A DNA stretch of 64,000 bases from Nemertoderma westbladi (GCA_032718475.1 JAUCBJ010000751.1:979-64978), one strand, 5' to 3'. Positions 38,084 to 51,170 are shown, counted from the stretch's first letter. The notes: generated by a model from the letters alone, not told the origin. Program-made: numbers and translations.

Positions 38084-39260
38084 TGTAAAAGCTTTTGCGG
38101 GATTAGCTAGTCATTTTTTCCCCGCAAAGTACTCTGTAGATGTTTTAACGGACATAAAAGCCGTTTCCTTACTGTACCAGTATTTTATTGGACATAAAAA
38201 GCTATTTTTCTGTATGTGTACTTTGGCGGACATAACTAGCAATCTTATGCCGCAATACGCGATAATACTCTCTACACAGTGTAGTTCAGGTTACGACATC
38301 TATCAGCTGATTTGGTGTACTCGTGGCATTTTTCTTTGTTCAGGCCCACTCTGTGCAATCACTCGACCAATCAGCGTGATTTTCAGTTTATTACACAGAG
38401 GCCTCCGGGAAATCGCGCAATGCATTATGGTTTATGTTTACCTTTTTTCCTAGGCCCAGAAGACCGGCTTTGGAATTTCTGTGTTTTCAGGCTTTAGCCC
38501 AACATTAGTAGGCTTAATTATAGAACGTATATCTGTTATCACGCAACATAACTCAAACCAATGATTACCTTTTAACAATCAAAACACCGCTTTTATACTG
38601 CTATTTACTGTCGGTTATTCATTATATTAGTTGATGGAATATTATATTTGGAATATCGATAAATAATTACCAACCCTCAATCTTCTTGATATACTGAAGG
38701 TAAGAGAGACAGGTTACATATAACGATTGCGACTTACATTAGAGTGGTTTTGAAGTGAATCTAATGCTATTTCATAGGCACTACAAGTATCAGTCGTTGT
38801 TCTCTTTATATGTGACTAAAATTAGTGAAGGTCGGCAGATCGGTGTGCAGTATTGTGCAGTAGTGTGTATGATTGAGACTGATAACAAAGCATCTCCTAA
38901 AGAATGCGCCATATACGTGAATCTATAGCCATCCCATTGCGTCTAGTTTAAGTCATAGCTCTGCTTACATATTTAGAGCGCCACGTCCTAAAGGAACTGT
39001 TAATATTTCCCGAAAGTGAACAATATTTGTCAGAGATTATATATTACGATCAGTCGAATAATACAGTAGGCTTACACCGCAATAAGATTAAGCTTCCGAA
39101 TCCAGTCTCCCGGGTATATCCAGCGGGTGAATGGTTGCGCATAGACTGGCTTCGGCTAATGTAGTGTATCCAATACTCGTCATAGGCTAAAGTCGATTTA
39201 TTATCTAGAAGACATCCTAATTTGGCAGGTTAAACTGCTAAAGGTCTGAAAGCGCGAACA
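38084..39260 (+). repeat. 5' LTR of element B
   Basis: Direct repeat of 49044-50220. Confidence 0.96.
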
Positions 39261-39270
39261 ATAACAGATA
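39261..39270 (+). promoter_or_regulatory. Putative self-priming PBS of element B (ATAACAGATA)
   Basis: First 10 nt after the 5' LTR; exact reverse complement TATCTGTTAT at 38530-38539; no TGG-type PBS. Confidence 0.7.
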
Positions 39271-39857
39271 ATTTGTAGGCTGGACTGTTGTCTGACCGTT
39301 GTTAGGTCTGAACGGATTGCAGTGCATCTAGAGTGTATTTCCGATAAAGTGCCGGTTAGGAAAGTAGGGGCAGCCAGAGCTGTAAGGTAAATCCCCCAGA
39401 AAGAATAAGTCATACTACTAGGTTAGAACGCATACTAACTAACCATTTCGGAGTCTGCATGTCCTGTAGTTTATTTAGCCTTGATAGTGGTCTGCCAGCG
39501 TTTGGTCTGTACTTTGTTTGTGTAGTCTGTACAGGTACCGTAATATTTCTTATTCAGATAATTTATAGGCTAGATTGTTGTCTGGCTGTTGTTAAGTCTG
39601 AAGAGATTGTAGTGTGTGTAGAGTGTCTGTCCGATAAAGTACTAGTTAGGAACGTAGGGGCAGCTAGAGCTGTAAGGTAAACCCCCCCCCCCCCCCCCGA
39701 AAGAATAAGTCGTACTACTCGGTTAGAATGCATACTAACTAACCATTTCGGAATCTGCACATACTGTAATTTATTTGGGCTTGATAGTAGTCTGCCAGCG
39801 TTTGGTTTGTATTTTGTTTGAGTAGTTGTACGGGTAGCGTAATATTTATTATTCAGA
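39265..39857 (+). repeat. Diverged tandem duplication (unit about 290 bp) in the leader of element B
   Basis: CAGATAATTT(G/A)TAGGCT at 39265 and 39555; second unit has an expanded C run. Confidence 0.88.
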
Positions 39858-41177
39858 GTTTATGCGATTATTCGCAACATTCATATCCCCAAGTTTATTC
39901 CTACAGTAATTGTGCTTGTTATATATACCGTTATAGTTAAATTAACCCCGGTACTACATCAGGGCTGCTTGGTGTAGGTAAAGACTGGTGATTTTGTGCA
40001 CCGGTCACTCCGGCAGATACCGTGGTTCTTTTAGCTGTTCAAGTATTTTAACTGCTGATTATTTGTTATACGAGTACTTGTACCTAATCTAGGGTTTAGC
40101 GTACAGTGCTTTCCGAAGGTAATTTAGTGTAGGCAGTATATTTGTGTTGTAAAGTGGTTAATAGGCACATTGGTTCTGGTAGACCGCGGTAATTAACTTC
40201 TAGGTAGGAACACTCCATGAAACATAATGTAGTACTTATAGCGATACGGCTATAAGTCGTCAGACGGTGGTATTTTCCTATCTGGACAACGCAATATATT
40301 TACTACTGTTTATTATTTTCAAATACCGTAGTATCCTGTCCGTTGTAATAACCAGATATTCTAACCCTTTGTTAGGCTGGTTTGTAGATTCCCTGTAAAA
40401 TTACCCTAAAAATTCGTACGTGTAATTTTTTGTGTTTATTTAGAGATTGTAATCTCACCCCGAATTGTACGTAATTTGTAGTAATAAGTAACTTAGGTAA
40501 ATTAGAATTATTTGTTTTAGTGTCCAACAAGTAGCACTTCAATGAGAGCGCACAGCTTCTGTGTAGTGACTTCTTCCCAGAAATAATAACATTTATTTCA
40601 AAGATTGACAAAACCCATAAAACGGGTATATATATTATAAATCAACTCCAACGATTTATAAATAGTAGGCCTGCCATACAACAATTAGGTCTCAATATCA
40701 GTTGGACTACTGCTCAAATAACGGTAATAAAGTAAGTTAAAGTAACCAAGTAACCCCTAAAATTCAGAAATTCAATTATTCTAAAATAATTGATATACCG
40801 GTATTTACAATAGGCTTATTATATTTATTTCTATAAATTTAGGCTGAAATTATACCGGTATTCTGTAATTAATTCTAGCCCATAATTATACTTATATATA
40901 CTATAGGTGTAAGCGGTATACCGGTATTCTCAATAGGCCTATTATATATTTATATATATTTGGGCTAAAATTATATACCGGTATTCTGTGACAAATCTAG
41001 TCTGTAATAATACTTATATATATACTATAAGCATACCGGTATTCTAATATATTATATATATCACGCTACACTGAGTAGCAGTATCGGTAATTAATTACTA
41101 GGCTAACAGTTGATACTGAATTACTAGACTTGCTTTAACTGTAATATAGCAGTAGGCATTCAAATGTACAAACAAAC

Positions 41178-44100
41178 ATGTCTGCTACTAAGCAAAACCT
41201 GTCAGACAGTCTCTTAGATACAACCATCTGTGACCCAGATAGGAGTGTGGAACGTGTGAGACCGAAGTTCAACTCACCTCCTACTGTAAGAAAGGTCATC
41301 CCTCCAGTAGTAATATCAGACCCCAGGCTAGTCCAACACCGTAGGTCTATTATAGGCACTAGAGCTCAGGTCAAGCGAGACCAAGAAGCAGCGGAACAGC
41401 AGCAACATCCGAGCCGAGAACTTATTGCTCAGCGGTTCGACCGCTCCAGTAGTGCAGATACTGTAGAGCTGACACCCGAGTGCGGAGCAAAGATGGTGGA
41501 TGCGGTTTATTCGGATCCCCTTCTCATCCTTCCTGCAGCCGAACTCACTAGAGTATTGATTGCGGTGGAGGAACACCAGATTGATTGGGCAAGAAGTAAG
41601 CGATCGACCAAGGATAGTTATGCGGGATATACAAAGGAAGAACTGAAGTCTATTGTCGAGTCGCAATGGAACTTCCCCGCACCCGGACTCCCGTTTGACT
41701 TATCGGAAGCTGCCTGGGAAGACATACATAGGATGGGAGTAACAAAGGAAACCATCGATCCAGCTGTATGGAAGAGGTCAGCAGCCGGATACGTACAGGG
41801 ATTCTTCAGCTCTATGGAGCGATTAGAGGAACAACTGTTTAGACAACCACAAGGACCTCAAGAGCAGGGAGAGCTGCTTTATCAAGTTAGAGAAAGAATT
41901 CTAAGAATCAGACTAATCTTATCTGCCATTGAGGAGGCTTCGAAAAGAAGACAAGACACGTCGTTGCAAGTTGCCATAAAGACTTGGTTACAGCGGGTGA
42001 GTCTCCAAGTTCAAAGAACTGTCCCGTGGAAATCTCAGTTAGATGAGCGCTCAACCCTTGGAGAATCAACAGACGCTACCTTTTCCCAAGTGGAAAGTGA
42101 AGCGACAGCAGAGAAACCGCATAAGAGGGATGCTATTGACATCTATCTGTCAGACTATCAACGCTTTGTAGGAGATTAAGAGTTGAGGAGAAGGCTGGAG
42201 GGGCTTAGCCCTAATAGTGAAGGAGCCAAACTTGTGTTGGATGCAATCGATGTGGATATGAGAGCTGCGAACCAAGCTAAATTTGATGAACGCCTCCGCA
42301 TCACTAGAGTCCAAGAAGAACAAGTAAAGAAAAAACGTATAGAAGATAGAAAGACAGCAGCAGCGGCAGTGGCAGTGGCAGAAGCGGAAAGAAAAGCGGC
42401 AGAAGTGGATATAAAAGCGGCAGAGGCAGTGGCAGAGGCAAAAGCGGCAGCGACAGAGGCAAAAGCGGCAGCTGCAGCAGTAGAAGCGGAAAGAAAAGCG
42501 GCAGCGGCAGAGGCAAAAGCGGCAGCTGCAGCAGTTGCAGCGGAAAGAAAAGCGGCAGCGGCAGAAGCGGAAAGAAAGGCGGCCGAAGCGGAAAGAAAAA
42601 TAGCAGTGGCAGAAGCAGAACGAAGAGCAGCTGAAGAGACCACCCAACTAGAGTTAGAAAATATTCAAGAGAATCAAGACTGCATAAATAAACAGTTAAC
42701 AGCTAGTAATATGCAGATGATGAATCAATCTACTCCCAAAAGGCAGGGATATACATCATCTGAAGAAGGCGATACCACCGATCCTGAAGGCGGAGGAAAT
42801 AGATCTCGTCTAGGTAGGCGTAGAAGGACATCTCACCGTCACAAATTGCCTGATTTGCCCCCAGCTGTTAAAAGGCAACTAACTAACACAGACTTAGGTA
42901 GTACAGAACCCACAGACCAAATAATTAAAATAGAAAGACTCCCTACTATAGTAGATGAGCCTGAAATAATTAGGCCTGTTCTTGAAATCACCCCTTTGGT
43001 GATAGAGACACCTGTGCTCCCAGAACCTATCTCTAAATTCCCTCTTCACAGCACTAAGCTACCTGTGCCCCACAGAACCACCCCTGAAAATGTTCATGTC
43101 CTGGACTCCGAGCGAAATATTAACGATTTGTCGCCGTTGTCCCTCGTCCGCCCGCTACAACGTTGGCGCCTCCCGCTTCGGCGGTCGAGTGGGTAGATGA
43201 GGGACGACGGGAGATGGGTCTCCTGCTCGGGCAGCTGAGGGAACACCGTTCCCGCTCCTCTCAGCAAGTCCAGGAGATGGAGGGGACTGTGCAGCAGTTA
43301 AAGGGAACAATTAGAGAGAGTAGGTTAGAGTTGCAAGAAGTGCAGCAAAGTATCGCGTTAGAACGCGATAAATTAGTAAATACACAAAAGGGTATACCAC
43401 CACCCCCTGTAACAATGTGTCAACCTGTTAGGTCTGAAGTATTTCATGCGCAAGGTGTGGAGCCTACACGCATCTATACTGCTAGTGAAGTGGAAACTCC
43501 TATACTAAACCCTATTAAGGGTAATCATAAACCTGTTGACAATGATATTCCATATAGACTGGATAATAACCCGAGAAATTTATATACCGATAACTCGATA
43601 TTAAATAACACGATGGCCCAAGAAAGTTTTACGCGTCAAATGGCTAGAACCGAAGCCCGTCAAGCGGTAAAGGTGGGAGAGATAGTCAAGTTCAATGGAG
43701 ATGAGATGAAATGGTTACCTTTTAATGAATATTACAAAGATAACATACAGAACTCTGTACTATCTAACGGAGAGAAACTTAGATTCCTCATCGAGTGCTT
43801 GGAAGGATCTCCCAAGTTAATGGCGTTAAAGTTTATTGGACATCCAGATGGATTAAGACAAGTTTGGGATACACTGAACATCAGGTATGGTAATAGAACT
43901 AACATAGCTAGGTATTTATATGCAAAATTAATGGCGCCCCGAAAGTTTCTTAGCAGCGGGATTATAGAGATTTCAGACGAGATTCAGGAGATCTGTAGAC
44001 AACTAGATTGGTTAGGTAAGTCTCATGAATACCAGAATTCTATGGTTGTAGGAGCCTTAGCATCTAATTTGCCCAAGGGCGGAGGAGGTACATGCTGGGA

Positions 44101-45952
44101 CAAGACAGTGTTATATATGATGGAACAACAACGAAGAGATCCTACCATGGCTGATCTCATGTCATTCTTAGATGGAGAGGTAAAATTACAGCTCCTAAAG
44201 CAGTCCAGAGAGAAGACACCGGAAAATAAGGTAAGTGAGAAACCCGTTTCTAGGAGAAAGGTAATACCAGTGTGTTATACAGACGACGGCGAAAGCCAGG
44301 CTTCTCAAGAGGAAGACAGCGGGAAAGACACTGAAAGATCTTACTATGACAACACAGCGCCTAAGGACGTAAGTAAATTCAAGTCTCGGACCAATGACAG
44401 GAGAGAACAGGTAAGAAAAACTCCTCCTACGTCTCCTAAGAGAATTCAGGTAAGAAAGCCTGAAGAAAGAACGAGTGTGCACAATGTTATTCAAAATAAG
44501 GTAAGTAACATCAAACCGAAATGTGTGCTATGTGACGGGACCCACCGTTTGAATATGTGTGATGAATTCCTAAAGAAATCATTAACGGAGAGACGGGAAG
44601 TCATGTGGGATAAGCGGTTGTGTTATAATTGCCTCAGACAAGGACACCAAAGGCGAACCTGTTACTCCGACACAAGGTGTGCAAAGTGCGGTGCGAAACA
44701 TCATATCTTATTGCACACTGAATTCGAGCGAAACAGCCAGAGTCAGGTAAGTGATTCTGAACTACATGTCCAATTCAGTGATGTGAACGACACTGACCAA
44801 AGTTCTGAGATGGAAGGATTCTATACGGATGAATTCTCCGACGAAAATGAATCCTGTTACATGATAAATACCGCAGTGTATCGAGCACTCACGTATGAAA
44901 AAGACACCGACAGCGACTTCACCCTAACTAATCCTGATCGACAACCATCTTGGAAAGCGCCAACTTCCAATGTAGGAATCCGAGAATTTCCTGTAGTACA
45001 ATTAAGGGTCCACGGACCTAAAAGGAGTTATATAGTGAACGCCCTCCTTGACTCCGGTAGCACAGGAACATTCATCGACAAAGAACTAGCCGAAGATATC
45101 TTTGCTGGACAACCCAAGTTCCGAACTAAGCTTAACATGTCAGGAATTATGCAGGTTTGGAAATCTACCGTAATAGCTGATTATTATGTAGGCGCATTGT
45201 CCACCCCCCAGGATGAACTAGGAGAACACAGCCTAAGGTCAGTAAAAATGGTAGCGATAAAGAACTTCGCTACCAGCCAAGTGGAACCTTATAACTGGGA
45301 TGAGGACGATTTCACCCAGCAGTTTGAAATACCTAGATTCAACACCAATTACCCTGGAGTTCAAATACTCATCGGTCAAAACACGCATGAAGCGCTCGAG
45401 ACATTGGAGAAACAGCCTGCTCAACCGCAACCATTACAAGCTTATGCGGGAAGAACTAGAGTGGGTTGGTACTTTACTGGCCCTTCCCGTAGAACTCTTA
45501 TGGAAAGATTACCAAAAGAACAGGTATATCAATTAAGTGAACGGGAAGTGGAGAGCAGTGAAGTTGACGACCCAACTGAGAGAACACCATACTCCTCAGA
45601 TAATGACGATATCAACTCCAATGTAGATCAATGGAGACATTGCCCCGAGACGATCAATCTAGCCGACATCGCTTCCAGAGGAGCAACTCCTCAAGAACTG
45701 ATAGATACTCCAGCGTGGTTAGGTGGACCCGACTTCCTAAGTAAAGAAGATGAATGGCCTTCTCATCTTACCCCGGCTAAGATTAGACAGGCCAAGGGAG
45801 CGGAGAAAGTAACACAACAACTCAATCGCCCAGCTGGTCGTTTATATTTACTGGAAAGAGACCGAAAACTGTCTGGAAACTATGGAAGGCAACACACTCT
45901 TCCCACGACTACCTCCCTAATCCAACAAATATCTAGGGACTCCATAACGTAA
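41178..45952 (+). pseudogene. Gag-protease of element B with fused RNase H and integrase remnants; one in-frame stop (42177-42179) and one frameshift (43124-43196)
   Basis: KFNGDEMKWLPF gag core; CVLCDGTHRLNMC, CYNCLRQGHQRRTC, CAKCGAKHHILLH; ALLDSGS; QWRHCPETINLADIASRG; RPAGRLYLLE; no YxDD or DDE core. Confidence 0.9.
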
Positions 45953-47600
45953 CAACATACGGAGTGGGTGTGTGACTATATTATTTTATATTTATTTTTA
46001 TTATTTCATATTATGTATGTATTATTATGTAAATTTATTATAATCGTTTTATTTAATTTTATTTAGTAGAAATGTTATTTTAGCGATTATTTAGTAGATT
46101 AGTGCTATATATATTAGTGTTTATTACTTAATTACTTATATATTATATATTTAGTGCGACGGCGAGAAATAATTATTCTCTCTTTCCTTACTGTCCGTAT
46201 TACATTACAAATACGTAACTACGGTAAGATGAAATCTCCGTACTTATTAAAGTACAATAAAGCTCCTACTATATTTAAGTATTATTGGTAGGCAGAGTAT
46301 TAGGATTGCAAAGTTCAGATCCTCGTGTCTCGGCTAAGCCAAGCTCTGGGAAGACCTTGGAAATGACTTGCCTCTTCACACTGACATTGCTTCGTGCGAT
46401 ATTGCTCTCATGCCGTATATTAAATAATACATATAGTAGCGTGATGTCCCTTTAACAGTAGCGTATAACGCAAAATAAATCTGTTAAACCCTTTGACCAT
46501 CTGCAATTCTAGTCGATTAAGATATCGCGGCACCCACCAATATACTTGAAAGACAAATTTCTAGAATCAGTGGTTAACATCCCCAGACAAGTTCTGGAAT
46601 AAACTGGTGCCCATCCTAAATATTAATTATTAATATTTACAAAATTTGTCAAATTTAGATCCTTTAAAATTCTAGTCGATTAAGATATCGTAGCACTTAC
46701 TGATACTCTTAAAAAGAACAAATTTCCTAGAATCAAGGATCCCAGTCCCCAGATATGTTCTGGAATAAAATTGTGTCTATTTAACATTAAATAATAAAAT
46801 TTACGGGAATAAATTTAAATTCATATTTTAATGAATTCAATAAATTGTTATTTTTATACAATTTATAACATTCCCAAAATTCCTTTAATTAATAGATCAT
46901 GGGAGCGGAGATTCACTCTATTAAGTGTATTAGTGTACGAGAATCTCCAATATATAGTCAATAGCCGATAAAATTCATAAAATCATGTATAAAGAAGATA
47001 TTGACAATTAAAGAATTACTATTAAATAGCATCCCAGATCTGTATGCATGAGAATTACCCTAATTCTACCGCTAGCTTTCCACAATGTCACCATAACAAC
47101 AACCACGCTAGAATTAGAAGTGAGTAAAAGAACAATAGAAAGCTTCCCCCATTGAATAGCATACGGAATAAATAGCACACTGCTAGTATCTAAGGATACA
47201 TAATAATAACGTGACATTCTGGAAGGCACTTGTCTAACGGACAAATGACCCGAATGTGTGATAGAATGCGTACAATTTGTGACAATTACGTGGAATTTGT
47301 GCATTTGTAGGTGAATGTTACTACTAAGGTGTGTTTACAGTAGCGAGTCGCAATTGTGAAAGTAGCCCTAACTCTCCAGTAAGAACCTGAAGTAAATCTA
47401 AGCCTTTGGGACGGACGGTGGAGTGACTCGCGCTGGTTGTTGTGGTCGTTGTGCAGCTACGACGTTGGCGATAGGCACATCGGCGAAAGTACACCAGCGC
47501 TGAGGATCTTGCGCTGTCCGGGGGCCGAGAGGGGTAGGCAGCGACGCCCGCTAGCCTAAATATCAACTCATTATAATATTGATAAACTCATATAGCAGCT

Positions 47601-48047
47601 ATGACTCAGTTGATAGAAGATGATCTTGGTATCAGGGAGAAATATACTCTACCGTTGCAGGCGTTTGTTGATAGCTTGATACGCAGTGACGCTAGTCCAA
47701 CTACTACGGAGGACGATGGTCGTTATATCGAACCGCCAATGTCCCAGGAGCAACTTACGCGTGAATTGGACTATCGAAAATTCACTGCTCGCTATACGCA
47801 TTGTAATGGTACGTATATGGACTTCTTAACTACTGGCCATCCTATCGATTTATACGATACGGACGATATCGACACCGAAAGGGAAATGGTCCTATTTAAA
47901 TATCGTACCCAGCGGAGTCGGAACGATAAATTGAGAATCGAATGCGAAAATTATATTCGAAATCGACTCGAAAGAGAAGACGTTAAAGAACCGGATAAAC
48001 GCGGTAACTCCAACGTATATTTGGAATTATTGAGAGAAACATTGTAA
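47601..48047 (+). CDS. Unknown ORF in the 3' accessory region of element B (probably a fragment)
   Basis: ATG-initiated 148-aa charged ORF behind a structured GC-rich leader; no family recognised. Confidence 0.45.
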   Translation: MTQLIEDDLGIREKYTLPLQAFVDSLIRSDASPTTTEDDGRYIEPPMSQEQLTRELDYRKFTARYTHCNGTYMDFLTTGHPIDLYDTDDIDTEREMVLFKYRTQRSRNDKLRIECENYIRNRLEREDVKEPDKRGNSNVYLELLRETL

Positions 48048-49043
48048 AACCGAATAAATATCACCCGCGTTTCTCCTACAAGACGTGCGTCTTTGGTATT
48101 ATTGCAATGAATGCCCAAGACCCAACCAACAAACGGAAAGACATAACCATCCACGGAGACGTTGCTTTAAACACGGTTTTACTCACTATATTTATGGGAG
48201 TTTTGAGCGAAACTTGTTCGATGTATCACCTACGCTCGCTCGACTCAAACGATCCTTAAATAAACCTATGATCAGAGTACCGGAATACTCGGTCAGACCT
48301 CCTCATTCCCTATTTAGACCTCATGATTCTTGATCCTAATAGTATCACGGATCCTCTCGAACTGTACTCACTGTTCAAAGATCTAGTGTTACGTTACCCG
48401 AACAGTTAGTCGGTGGCACTCCGGTTGTGGGCTCCCTTAAATATTCACCCATCTTACTTAGTCGGATTGGGACGCGGACATCTAATATCGCCATTCAACC
48501 GTATCATCGTCCCTGTTTAACCCGATACAACCTGTCACCGAGGCGGAGGAAAGAGTTATACGAAACGCGTTGGACACTATTCGTCAAAAGATCTGAAAAT
48601 GAACCTACAATGGTTTAGAGAAACGTAAATTGCAGTAGCAAGTACAAGCGATAAACGAATTAACTTTATCTCAGTTCGATCAGGAAATTCAGAATCTCTA
48701 AGAGGATATCGAACTTGGACGACCCTATTCTCTGCAAGAGTTTTGGACGAACGCATCCAACGATAAGCGGAGGAAAATCAGCTCGAGGAGAAGCATATCG
48801 AAATGGGTGAGACATCGACCGTAACCCTAAACCTTCTGATGCAATTGTATTGCACCTTCACCCAGGAGTTGCAGCCCTCATAGTAAAGTGGCTCGCCCCA
48901 AAGAGAAAAGGACTCTGGCTAGCCTCAAAAAACTGCGTAAACGCCGTCCGCGCAAGAAAAACTAACTGTTTAGAGTATTTTTATATTTTAGAAACTGTGA
49001 TTTTTTATATTTTATAGAATTAAATCCCATTTTCTTGGAGCGG

Positions 49044-50220
49044 TGTAAAAGCTTTTGCGGGATTAGCTAGTCATTTTTTCCCCGCAAAGTACTCTGTAGA
49101 TGTTTTAACGGACATAAAAGCCGTTTCCATACTGTACCGGTATTTTAGTGGACATAAAAAGCTATTTTTCTGTATGTGTACTTTGGCGGACATAACTAGC
49201 AATCTTATGCCGCAATACGTGATAATACTCTCTACACAGTGTAGTTCAGATTACGACATCTATCAGCTGATTTGGTGTACTCGTGCCATTTTTCTTTGTT
49301 CAGGCCCACTCTGTGCAATCACTCGACCAATCAGCGTGATTTTCAGTTTATTACACAGAGGCCTCCGGGAAATCGCGCAATGCATTATGGTTTATGTTTA
49401 CCTTTTTTCCTAGGCCCAGAAGACCGGCTTTGGAATCTCTGTGTTTTCAGGCTTTAGCCCAACATTAGTAGGCTTAATTATAGAACGTATATCTGTTATC
49501 ACGCAACATAACTCAAACCAATGTTTACCTTTTAACAATCAAAACACTGCTTTTATACTGCTATTTACTGTCGGTTATTCATTATATTAGTTGATGGAAT
49601 ATTATATTTGGAATATCGATAAATAATTACCAACCCTCAATCTTCTTGATATACTGAAGGTAAGAGAGACAGGTTACATATAACGATTGCGACTTACATT
49701 AGAGTGGTTTTGAAGTGAATCTAATGCTATTTTATAGGCACTACAAGTATCAGTCGTTGTTCTCTTTATATGTGACTAAAATTAGTGAAGGTCGGCAGAT
49801 CGGTGTGCATTATTGTGCAGTAGTGTGTATGATTGAGACTGATAACAAAGCATCTCCTAAAGAATGCGCCATATACGTGAATCTATAGCCATCCCATTGC
49901 GTCTAGTTTAAGTCATAGCTCTGCTTACATATTTAGAGCGCCACGTCCTAAAGGAACTGTTAATATTTCCCGAAAGTGAATAATATTTGTCAGAGATTAT
50001 ATATTACGATCAGTCGAATAATACAGTAGGCTTACACCGCAATAAGATTAAGCTTCCGAATCCAGTCTCCCGGGTATATCCAGCGGGTGAATGGTCGCGC
50101 ATAGACTGGCTTCGGCTAATGTAGTGTATCCAATACTCGTCATAGGCTAAAGTCGATTTATTATCTAGAAGACATCCTAATTTGGCAGGTTAAACTGCTA
50201 AAGGTCTGAAAGCGCGAACA
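49044..50220 (+). repeat. 3' LTR of element B
   Basis: Direct repeat of 38084-39260. Confidence 0.96.
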
Positions 50221-51119
50221 TGGTTGACTATGTTCTACGCATGTCCTTAGATCATCATAATGATGATGGGGTGATGATAACTCCACCTACTGGCTCCAGA
50301 AGTCGAGGAAATCCTGCCAAGTACCTAACTGATCTAGACTTTGCTGATGACTTAGGAGTACTCTCAGAATCATTAGAGGGAGCCCAACGGCTCCTCAGCT
50401 CATTAGAACATGCTGCTTCTAGTGTTGGTCTTTTTATTAACTCCAGAAAGACCAAAATTCTGACAGTTAACTTTGAAAGTCCTCAGCAAGTCTCTGATCG
50501 GATGAGCATAAGCTCAAAGGATGGTATGCTTGAGCATGTGGACGACTTCTGTTACCTGGGATCATGGATCCGGAAGTCAGATGAGGACCTTCGAATACGT
50601 AACGGAATGGCATGGGCAGCCTTGAATAGGCTTTCCAGGATTTGGAAGTCACCGAGAATTAATCGGAAACTTAAGGTCCGATTATTTAGAGCAGCAGTAG
50701 TTCCAGTACTCCTCTACGGGAGTCCATGCTGGGCTCTAACTGCTGAGGACACCAAATCTCTGGATGGCACATTCACAAGAATGCTATGCCGGGTTCATTG
50801 TGTCAAGTACAATGCACACATCTCCAACCAGACACTATATAACATTGGAGGTGTATCATTGGTTCCCCCAAGCTTGACACTAGAACAAAATCGCCTCCGC
50901 TTTGCAGGACATTGCTTTCGCCGTGACGACCAGCCAGTGCATAATCTTGTACTTTGGCAGCCTCATGGAGTGAATAAGCATGGTGGACAGCCCATGACTT
51001 TCTTGAGACGCATCTTAAAGGACACTGGCCTTAAAGATGCGGATGATCTAGCAAATGTCATGGGTGATAGGGAGTTGTGGCAGTGCAATTTTGTTGACAA
51101 GCCAGCACAGCATTCTTAA
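50221..51119 (+). pseudogene. LINE reverse transcriptase, C-terminal part
   Basis: LDFADD, FCYLGS, PVLLYGS, RLRFAGHCFR as in RTE-type LINEs. Confidence 0.92.
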
Positions 51120-51170
51120 AAATGCAGCTGCAATGCTGCATGCCGATCCTAGTAGTAGTAGTAGTAGTAG

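Larger units (their letters stand above)
38084..50220 (+). mobile_element. Internally deleted BEL/Pao LTR retrotransposon (element B, 12.1 kb)
   Basis: 1177-bp TG..CA LTRs at 38084-39260 and 49044-50220 (about 13 mismatches counted by eye); 5-bp TSD TGGTT; BEL-type gag and protease. Confidence 0.95.
37360..51170 (+). mobile_element. 5'-truncated RTE-type LINE (37360-38083 plus 50226-51170), split by element B
   Basis: RT motifs FRGISL, QNGFRKGR, FVDFFKAFDSV, GVLQGDTLAPFLF rejoin IIVV/DYVLR and continue to DFADD, YLGS; short 3' UTR with stem-loop ATGCAGC-TGCAAT-GCTGCAT; (TAG)7 tail; possible TSD CCCGA. Confidence 0.93.

Noticed and set aside
38200-38497. ORFs within the element B LTRs (also 49174-49457)
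   Set aside because: Short, motif-free and duplicated only because the LTR is.
42150-42647. Cys-rich and Ala-rich minus-strand ORFs
   Set aside because: Antisense frames of the Ala/Glu/Lys repeat in gag.
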